Shown one piece after another: positions 49,252-60,100 of a stretch of 64,000 nucleotides of DNA (its first letter is position 1; the number at the start of each line of letters is the position of its first letter). Below the pieces are notes generated by a model. That model had not been told where the DNA came from. It did no database searches and was given only the letters and a program-made list of their open reading frames with translations. The stretch comes from Paragordius varius. Its lineage: Eukaryota > Animalia > Nematomorpha. Made by a program: the position numbers and the translations under genes. Where the stretch lies: the NCBI GenBank assembly GCA_964247055.1, contig OZ176052.1, positions 4,712,001 through 4,776,000 on the forward strand, given 5' to 3'.

Positions 49252-52200
49252 ATTCTGCTGTCGACAATTCACAATGCCCAGCAACGATTAAATTTTATTA
49301 TAACAAGGAAGATGGGTTATGTACGTCCTTTATCTATAAAGGATGCAAATTCAATAAAAATTTCTTTTCCACCCTTGAGGAATGCGAAGTTGAAAACATC
49401 AAAGGTATTGTTTGGTGTATTATCTATTTTAACAAAGATTGCATAACCAATACAAAAAGATTATAATATAGAACTTAATTGATAAAAGTTTAAAATGTGC
49501 CATCAAAGAAGGGTGATCTAGTACCGCCTGATTTTTATCGGGGGTCATTTTTATAATTGATTATGGTTGCGCATTTGATTTAGAATTGCCAAATTTAATC
49601 GTTTTTTAATCAATTATATAACAATATATGGATTCTATTTTTTTAAATATCGTTTCGGAACGTCTCATCGAGCTAAGGATTCATTCATATTACTTTTCGT
49701 TAAATTTAATTCTATGAATAACAAAAATTTTGCCATAATTAACCATATATGGACTACGAATATTGTCTACAAAATTACAAACGTCATTTGCAGAGGTCAA
49801 TAATTTTTGGGGAATTAATATTGCAAAAGATACAACAATATATCACCATTTAAAATCGCATATTAACAGTTGAAGGAAAAATAATAGTTAATTTGATTTT
49901 AATATTAATAAAAAGCTTTATCCATCGGTCAGTTTAATTAACTCATAAAATAAGAAAATATTTACTTTCATACTGATTGACTTTGCTATTGAACTAACCG
50001 CGCTGCAAAACATAAGCTGTTTTATATCGGACGACATTTCGGATTCCCACATCCGGGCACATCTTGCATTAGGGCACGCAACTATTGGCAAAATGTTTAA
50101 AATTTGGAATTCTACCCTCATAATTAAACCAAACTAGCCATACGCAAATTACCTCGTTGATTTTTATGGGTCTGAATCATGAATATGTGAATGCAAGCCC
50201 GCATCAACTCATCAAATGTTTCTTGGAAATTTCGAAGGCCCACAACTCTAATTTATTGATTCTTACTTCATTGACCCATATTACTATGATGATGTAAAGA
50301 AATACATCGGTCATATCTCCGATTTGATTCGCTTGAAAAGGACCATTATCCTTATATTGGTCAAGGTAAGCCGTAAAAGAAGCCGCTCAAAATGCAGTGG
50401 CTTTATATACTTATTCATGATTCAGAATTGATTAATCTATAAAACTAAGAGTCGGTACACGACTGGCTTCTAGCATTCACACACCGACACACATTATTCA
50501 GCTATTAAAAACCCAAACTTTTTTTAAATTTAGCCAAAGATTCATTTTGATAAATTTGTAGGTACTAGTAAATAAAATTGATTTGTTAATCCTTTAATTA
50601 TTTATTTGTAGACGCGTGTTCTCAACCCTTGATATTTGGCCCATGTAGCGGTAAACTTATACGATACCATTTTAACGCAACATCGAACGAATGTGTCCCA
50701 TTCATTTATGGAGGTTGTGGTGGAAATCAAAATAAATTTATTTCTTATGCTGATTGCGCAAAAACTTGCAAACAAAGTAAGCTCAATTAGGGTCGAGTTT
50801 GACCTAGTATCCATTCTACCGTAACAGTGATCGCTTATAAATATAACTTAAAACGAAACATGTGTAAAACACGTGATAAAATTAATAAAATAATGATACA
50901 CAATTAAAATATAATGTTAAAATGCGAATTTTAATTTTTACTAACTTTAATTAATTGCTATGATACATTTTGGAAAGTATTAAACAAAATAAACAAATAT
51001 ATTTTTTTTGTCTGATTATATAAATGTTTCTGGTGTTGATGACTGCTCATCATTATGAAAGACTGCATTGCAAGCGGTCGGATCGTAAGTTTTAGGACCG
51101 GTCAATACCCTAAATACATATACCACACTAGTGGTCAAATTATATTTTGATATATTTTCAAAGTTATTATAATAACTAAATTTTTTACATTATCATCAAA
51201 ATGTTTGGAGATAGCTAGATTTCAAGGTTTTTTATAGCTAAAATAATATATTATATAACTATCAATTTTCAGAAATTTATACAAAGTACATAAAAAATTT
51301 ATTATAAATGATTTCATAGTATCCGATTATTCCAAATGCGAACTAATTTCTTTATATTCCTTTATTTGATTGTTTCTCATATATTAGAATTTTGTTATTT
51401 ACCCAAATCTCGTGGGCCCTGTAGAGCCGTCTTTCCAAGATACTATTTTGATTCGAGATTGAATCACTGTCGATTTTTTACATACGGTGGCTGCAAAGGC
51501 AATAAAAATAATTTTGAAAGTTTTGGTGAATGTGAACGAAGTTGTTCCACCACAAATGAATTTAACCAAAGCAAGAGTAAACAGCCCTTAACGACTCCAA
51601 TCATTCCCAGTATTGAAACATCTGCAACCATATATACTGGCTTATCAGAAACATCGACACCAATATTAACAAGCACTCCTAAGTTTATTGAACCAAAGTA
51701 TGTTTAGGGAATCACAATTTTTTAGTTAAGCGCCTTCTGAAAATTACTGAGGCCTAATTCAGGATTTTATTTTTTTGCAAAAAACATTATGTTTTTTGAA
51801 GTTTGTTTAAAGATCGATATGTATAAATCAACCACTTAATTATAAAATACTGGTATAATGGTGGCCAATGACATTATCATGGTTAAAAGACAATACACTA
51901 GCGTATGATATATAACAAATTTTGTCCATAATTAAATACAAAATAATGTTGTAAGGCAAAATTGTAATTTAAATCATTTCTTCTTTTTTACCCATATGCT
52001 AATATATTGCCAATTAACCAAAAATAATGATAATTGACCAATATTAATCTCCATACTGTAACTTCTTGTTAAAAATGACTATCACTTTTTTATTATTTTC
52101 ATGATTAGCAACTTCTCCCCTAATAAAATTGATTCAACCATCGAAGATAGTACAATGACAATGACTAATCAGACAACGCAAAACAGGATGACCAATACCA

Positions 52201-53577
52201 TAATGTTAAATTTAACAGAAAATATAAATCCAACCCTATCTACTTTAATATCATTGTCGCGAAATGAAAGTTCTAGTGCATCTTCAAAAACATATCGTAA
52301 TTAATATTTTTGTTAGGTTATAAAAAATCTAAATTTTTAAATTTTCAAAGCAAAATTTTTAAAAACTAGTTTTAAAAGTTTAATCAAAATAGGCTATAAA
52401 ATCAACCATTATAATCATATACGCATAGATATATATATATACCCCAAATGCGTATCCATTTTACCGATTACAACAAAAATTATTCCCAGTAATTTTATTG
52501 TTGTCATAAAAAAGTATAAATTTAAACTTATCATACGCAAAATCAAATAGAATCGAGTTTTTTGTGCCAAATTCACTACAATACTAGACTGTTTTACTAA
52601 CCAACAAGACTTTGTGTGCGGTCCACGAAAAATTCGGAAATTCATTAATTGTTTATATATGCTCACCTTGTTAAATGTTATATTTCCTAAACATTTTTAA
52701 ATGAGTTTATAGAATCGGCAAGAACTAACTAGAAAAAATTGTTTTGGCATTTCACAGTTTTATGTGTGAAATCTAATAAATTCCTTATGAATGCCCATAT
52801 ATATTTAGAAAGGGGCCCGCAGGGTTTTTTGAGTCAAAAATAGGCCCGCGAAGCCATTTGGGTTGAACACCCCTGATATAAAGTCGAATTAATGTTGTGA
52901 TGTTCAATGTATAAAAGAATACAGAAGCCGTTTAATATTCTATTTTTTCTAATTTTTTATTTTTAACGGCCTTGCCTACAGGTAATGCCGTTGAATCTAG
53001 ACTATATAGCATTTTGCCCTTTTTTACAAAATATCCATTTGATTTCATATTAAATACAAAAGATTGAACCAGGTTTGAATCTAAAACTAGGGGTAGGGTT
53101 TTTTGCCCCTACTTAACCCTTAAAAGACACAAAGCTAAAAACCCCTGCTTTAAATTGTAATATTAGGGTATTTAAATTGATTGATTTGATACCAGTTTAG
53201 TGGTATCAAAACAGGGCACAATACGTGCATTTTCTATTCTATTATTTTATTAATTTACCATGTTTCTGCGTTCATCCATGTCATTAAATTATTTAATTCC
53301 GTAAAATTTTCGTTATTCAAAATTTTGAGTTTCTCTTTGTATATTAGACTCAATTTGCAATCTATCATTGGATAAAGGGTCATGCAATGACAAAAATTTG
53401 ACAAAATACTATTTTGATACAACACTAATGGAATGTAATGAATTTATCTATGGGGGATGTGGAGGAAACGATAATCATTTTAATAGCAAAGATGAATGCT
53501 ATAACAAGTGTCAAAAATTATTGCAACCGAATGTTACAACAAAACTTCCACAACATAAAAAGCGAGAAAATTTATAA
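49252..53577 (+). CDS. Multi-Kunitz (BPTI) serine protease inhibitor: four Kunitz domains plus a Ser/Thr-rich linker; 5' exon(s) not resolved
   Basis: Phase-consistent exons 49252-49404 (degenerate Kunitz), 50612-50776 (CSQPLIFGPCSG...FIYGGCGGNQN), 51388-51697 (CYLPKSRGPCRA...FTYGGCKGNKNNF), 52109-52296 (Thr/Ser linker) and 53348-53577 (CNLSLDKGSCND...FIYGGCGGNDNHF). Confidence 0.9.
49930..50470 (+). pseudogene. RTE-like LINE fragment inside a Kunitz-gene intron
   Basis: ...HIRAHLALGHATIGKMFKIWNS...FYGSES* resembles the post-RT LINE segment (RI..A...F..L..IW...LLYGSESW). Confidence 0.5.
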
Positions 53578-54212
53578 TTAATGAAATTATTTCTATGGTT
53601 ATTTTAAATTTGTATCATTCTTCTATTTATAATATATTTTATATAAATAAATATTTGTAACACCACTGTCCAAGAAATTCATAAATACATTAAAAAAGCA
53701 AAACAATATTTTTATAAAATTTTGATTTTTCGATGTGGCTCAATCAAATTTTTTTCACCTAATGGGCTGGTTCTCTTCACATAAACGCAAAAATGCCGTG
53801 CGATAAAAATTGAAATATATGCTTAATTATGACACCTAAAAAGTTTTTTTTCCGAAAAAAAGGATATTTTGCGTAAAAATTTAATTCATTAGAAAAGTTT
53901 TGGTAAAGCGAGTTTCATGCTTGTTTAATGATAACGGCATAAAAATACTTAAGGTAATAAAAAATGCTTTTCTACATAATTCGATGGTTTTAAACATTGT
54001 ATGACCTCAGAACTTAAATTTTAAGGTTCGTTTGTGTAAATTATGGTAAATTTCGTATAAATCACAATGTATATTTAACGTAAATTTTAAAACCAAAGAA
54101 TATATACAACATTTTAAGGTAAAAAATATTCAGCATAATTAAATTTTTTAGTAAAGCGTTTTTATTTGAAAATACCTTTTTAAAACTCAAAATTCATATA
54201 TGAAATTTTTAA

Positions 54213-56443
54213 CACTTGGATACAACACATTAATTTCAGTCCTTCGATTTAAATTGGGGTAGTTGGATAATCCAGGCTTGTTTAAAAGGATATAATTCAA
54301 AAAATATGGAATCATTCAAAACCATGGTAATAATTTTCACTTATATAACATTAATGAACCAAAATATATAAAAAAGTTCCATCAAAAATACTCGATATTA
54401 CTTATTTTAAGGTAGAACCTGAAAGTAAAAATTTAGTCAACACATGACATGAGTGCATTAGCCAAATTTTAAAAATACAAATTAAACCACTTTTAATGTT
54501 TCTATCAATGTTAGATGATTAACACTTCGATTCTAATTGGGGTATCTTAATACTCCATAATAAGTTTGAGTTAGGATTTCTAAACAACTTCTGAAGAAAA
54601 CGGTCTTAATTTAAACTTATGCTTCTATCCTAATAAGATTTTTATGAATATGCCAATATGTTTTGAAAAAAGTTCTATGTCAAACTATTTCGACGCGATT
54701 TTTATTTTACAAAATTTTTGCAAAATATAGTCTTCATTTATTTTAAGTGGTAAAATTAAAGCTAATTTTTTATTTAAATTACATCTACTTGATAAAAATA
54801 GAAAAAGGGTTTATTTTGTATTATTTTTCAATTTAGCCGATGCACACATGTTACGCTGACTAAATTTTTACCATTGGGTTTTACATTTTTTATATATTTC
54901 GGTTTATTAATGTTGTATAAGTGCAAAATTTTGCCATGGCTTCGATTCCTTCCATACTTTTTAAAGTTTTTGATTTTAAACAGGCATGAAGTATCCAACT
55001 TCCCCAATTTGAATCGAACAACAAAATTAATGTGTTTTATCCAAGTGTTAAATAAATTTGCTTTAATCTTGGCTTAAAAAATTAACACTTCTATTCAAAT
55101 CGGGGTATCTAAATACCCCAGACTATATTTGAGTTAGGATTTTTAAAAAACTACTGAAAGAAACGATCCCAATTTAAAATGCTTCAATCCTAATAAAAAT
55201 TATATAAATATGCCAAAATATCTAAATAAAATTTTCTTTTGAAAAAAAAGTTCCAAGTCAAACTACTTGGACGCCATTTTTAATCCATAAAAATTTTGCA
55301 AAATATCGTGTTTTTTTATTCTAACGTTAAAATTAAAGCTATTTTTTTATTTAAATTACATCTACATTTATAGATATAGAAAAAGGGGTTTATTTTGTAT
55401 TATTTTTCAATTTAGCCGATGCACACATGTTACGTTGACTAAATTTTTACCATTGGGTTTTATATTAACACCTCGATTTAAATTGGGATATCTAAATACC
55501 CCAGACTAAATTTTATTTAGCATTTTTAACAAACTACTGAAGGAAACATAAAAATTATAGAAATATGCCAAAAAATCTAAATAAAATTTTGTTTTGAAAA
55601 AAAAGTTCCATGTCAAACTACTATGACGCCATTTTTTAAAAAAAATTGATCCAAAATATCGTCTTCATTTATTTTTAAGGGTAAAATTAAAGCTAATTTT
55701 TTATTTAAATTACATCTAACATTGATAGAAATAGAAAAAGCGGTTGCTTTTGTATTATTTTTTAATACCATTGTACACATCTAACGTTGACTAAACTTTC
55801 ACCTTTCGGTTTTAGCTTAAAATAAGTAATATCAAGTATTTTTGAATAATATTTTTTATTTATTTCGGTTTAATATTGTTATATAAGTGCAAAATTTTGC
55901 CATAGTTTCGATTCTTTCCATATTTTTTAAACAATTTAATTTTAAACAGGCCTGGGGTATTTAACTACCCCAATTTGAGTTGAAGGACTAAAATGAATGT
56001 GTTGTATCCAAGTGTTAAAATAAGTAATATCAAGTATTTTCGAATAAATTTTTTTATATATTTCGGTTTATTAATGTTATATAAGTGCAAAATTTTGCCA
56101 TAGCTTCGATTCCTTCCATACTTTTTAAAGTTTTTGATTTTAAACAGGCCTGGGGTATCCAACTACCCCAATTTGAATCGAAGGACTAAAATGAGTATTT
56201 TGTATACAAGTGTTAAATAAACACGATATTTTGCAAAGATGTTGCAAAATATAAATAGCGCCGAACTAGTTTGATATGGAACTTTTTTTTCAAAATTAAA
56301 TTTTATTTAGAAATTTTAGCTTATTTTTATAATTATTAGGATAGAAGCAAAAATTTAAATTGGGACCGTTTTCTGTAATTTTTTAAAAATGTCAACTTAA
56401 ATATTGTCTGGGGTATTTAGATACCCCAATTTAAATCGAAGTG
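54213..56443. mobile_element. Nest of four family-B TTAA MITE copies
   Basis: Outer copy 54213-56443 (+), copy 54523-55047 (-), copy 55086-56212 (-), the last containing copy 55469-56014 (-). Each is flanked by TTAA on both sides. Confidence 0.85.
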
Positions 56444-57154
56444 TTAATGCGTTACGGTATATATTCGTTTATTTTAAGAAAATTGGCCCACTTTAGAAGG
56501 GCATAAATTTTGGGATCTTCGGAGTTTACATTTTAAAATTAACACTTATAATAATATTATGCTTTTTATATGGAGTTTATAACTAAGTATACTTTTTGCG
56601 AACATTTAGCTTTCACCAAAAAAATTATATCACAAAATGTGCGCAATTTGCCATTTCACGTGTAAATAGCCGTTTTGAATCACGGGCTTAAACTAAAGGT
56701 ATCATGATAATCCTGATATATTCTTCCAGAATATATATTTTATCATACATTTTGATACTCTTAATTTGGACACAGTGTATTGAACAAATAAAACAATTAG
56801 CATCTATAAAATAAAAATTGAAGCATTTAATTAAATATGCGAATTATTTATGCAGATAATCACTTTAATAATAATTATTTTAAATAACTCGCAAGTCCCA
56901 TACTGATACACTTTTAATAAATATTTTCTAAAAATATATTTATTTGTATAGGGATGTATAGTATGATTACGAAAGATGTTTGGAAAATTTAATTAAACGA
57001 ATATGTTAAAGCAAAAATAACAAATTGTGGATTTATATTTATGAATATATATATATATATATATATATTAACTAAAATACATGATGTCAAGTTTTGCCAA
57101 AAAGGGGCAAAATTATCATTACATGTGATTAGCCTTTTATTTGAATTTAAACGC

Positions 57155-60100
57155 ATGGTCGTTAAGTTAGGTATTTTACTTTAGTAAATTTTAGATTTTT
57201 ATGCTTGGAACTTTGGTAAAGAGCTATACTATGACGTTCAAAATGTGATTAATAGAAAAGATAAGAAATTGATTGATAGTTTATTAAGAAAGTTAGCTAC
57301 CATAAACTTTGATGATATGTGCATGATTAGAAGAGAAGTATTTTATTTTTTTATATAGTTTCGAAACCCATATTACAAAGATATTCTTGTGAAATCCGAG
57401 AATGATGGAATATGTTTAGATATTTTAGGATCTAAAATATATCCAGATAAATCACAGATCAATGAATCTTTATATTTAAGCGAATTGTTAAAAAATAATG
57501 AGATTTCATCGTTAGATTTGTTACTGTCTGGTATAATTTTACATTATAATTTAGCTCAATATCAAAAACGATTGTATCCTTTTGAATTTAACCGACTAAT
57601 GATCGGGACTCTATTATATTTTGAGTCGTTTTCTTTTATGACTGACGCTCTTCTTATGTTGATAAAATATGTTATTATTCATGACCGAATCGATCATTTT
57701 ATGGAATCAAAAAACTTAAACTTGGATATTTCTAGTATTAACAAAAATGCTGAATTGAAAAATTGGTTCACCAAATTCTCTCAATATATTTTCAATGGAA
57801 ACTATTTTGCAAATCTTTTAAGTAATTTTAAAATAATAATAATAATAATAGAAAATTTTGATCAAAGAGAAACATACTTTGATTTCGACTATATCTTTGA
57901 CAATATCAAATCAACAGACCCATCAATTAATTCAATCTACAAGCAACAAGTAAATATAATTTTGTTTTCATTTTTATAATCAAATATATATCTCTGTATT
58001 ATAAATATATATACCGTTTACAGTTCAATTCACCCTTAAACAATTCAAATTGACTCGTACAATTAAAATTCACCCTTGAACAATTTTAATTCACTCTAAA
58101 TATATATGTGTTTTTGGGCTATTATAACTCATCATTAATATGAAATATATTTTGACCAGATAGTTTATTACGTTTTCAGCATTATATTAATTTAAACAAA
58201 ATTTATTTTAAAAATATTAAAAAATAAAGTTTAATGTAGAAAAACACAATTTATTTTAGGGTTAATTTGAATTGCTTGAGGGTATCGTTCAAGGGTGAAT
58301 TTGAATTGTTTAAGGGTGGATTTGACTGTAAATGGTACATATATATATGTCAAAAACAGAAGAAAAATGTTAAAATTTAATTAATGTGTTAATGCAGTCA
58401 CAACTTTTTAAATGGTGAAAAAATCTGGTTTAAAAGGGTTATTTCGAACCGATACTGGAATCTTTGAGATTTAAACAGAACTCGGCTTTGTTGGGTTATA
58501 ACCAACCCGGTTCCGGTTCCATTTCCTCAGAGACCACCCCGGTTTTGATTTTCCACTATAAATAAGTGGTCATATGTTTGTATTTTTAAAAAATAAATTT
58601 TTTTTTAACTATGATGATATTCTTGTCGATTTATTTTGATATAAAGTCAATTGTCATTGCAAAAATATATATAGTTATATGACATAATTAATGTTGCAAA
58701 TGACAAAGTATTTAAAATAATGTGGACGATTTGTAATGCAGGAGCAGCAACGATGGGTGACATGAAAGCTTTAATCAATTTTTTAAGGTAAAATTTTTAC
58801 TTATCTGTAAATAAATTAAAAATAATATTTAGTTAAAATGCGATGATTATAAATTTTAAAATTATTTCATTTTTGTTGCAAAAATTATAATTTATGCGAA
58901 ATTGCATTTAATTTAGAATAACATATTTTTTTAGAAAATACTGGTTCCATCATATATTGGAAGTATGAATATTTACCGTTGACATTTAATCGTATCTAAT
59001 TAATGTTTAGTTTTTCGTTTTAAATTCTATTATATTGTGCCAGGGATCTTTAAAATTCTAACTTTTTTATGTGTGAAAAAAAATGTTTATAGACTATGTT
59101 ATATAAATATTTACTGTTTTATAATCTGTTGTCTATTTTTTATAATATATAACAAAACTAGAACCAAATCAAAATGTACTTCCAATCAACGATACATTCT
59201 GGAATTAAAGAATGAATATCAGGCGTTAGCGTTTGCCACTTCAATCAATAATGGTATATCAGGTACGAATTTATCATACAGCTAAAATTGTAATTGTAAA
59301 GACAAAACGTAAAAATGAGACAACCATATTTTTTTAACTTTTTTGGCTTTTCGTTTTTTGTGTTGTAAAATACATGAAGGTAATGTAGAAACAATCAAGG
59401 TTGTATGGCTATTTATATTAAAGCATTATTTATTAGTTTTTCCGTTTTTCCTTTATAATTTTATTTCTTACTGTATTTTTATTTCTTGCAATTTTTTATT
59501 TTTTTACTCTAATCAACTTATGTGCGGATTTTTTTGTGGATTGAACCTATTATACCTTTTGTTATGAGTATTTTTGTAGCTACTACCATTTTTTTGTCTT
59601 AAAATCAACATAAAACTTAATATTTAACGTTTTTCCACCTTAACTAATTAATAATTATACTTCAACAAAATATCACCTTTTCAAAAATAACTTTTGATGC
59701 TAGAACAAAAATTAACCTTTCAAGTATTTAAGTTAGAACCCTTACATAGAATATTTAGTATATTTTAAAGCTTAATTCGCCCTCCCATATAGTATATTAA
59801 AAATTATTGAATATCCAATTTATTAAAAAATACCCTCAAAATCTAAATAAAATTAATATTCAAAAATATTCTATTAAATCTTTCCATATTTCGGTCGAAC
59901 TAGCAAAAATTGGATTATACGTAGTTATATTGGCTTGGTATTTTTACATGTTTAAAATCTAATAAAATATATAAAAATGGCTATATATATTTTCATTGCG
60001 GACTGCCGAATCTTTTGAATTAAAAATCAATTAAAGTCAAAGGAATTAACACTATTTATTCTCCTTTACCCAATGACTCTTATAGGCTTTTTTATCAGGG

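Noticed and set aside
50602-51676. ORFs 50602-50814 (-), 50636-50824 (+) and 51464-51676 (-)
   Set aside because: Alternative-frame or antisense shadows of the Kunitz exons.
54874-56162. Similar short ORFs at 21822-22016, 54874-55077 and 55965-56162 as a small gene family
   Set aside because: They are chance frames within copies of the family-B MITE.
54213-56443. CRISPR-like or satellite array
   Set aside because: The units are about 550-bp TIR elements in mixed orientation with TTAA duplications, not short repeat-spacer or head-to-tail units. The DNA is eukaryotic and has no cas genes.
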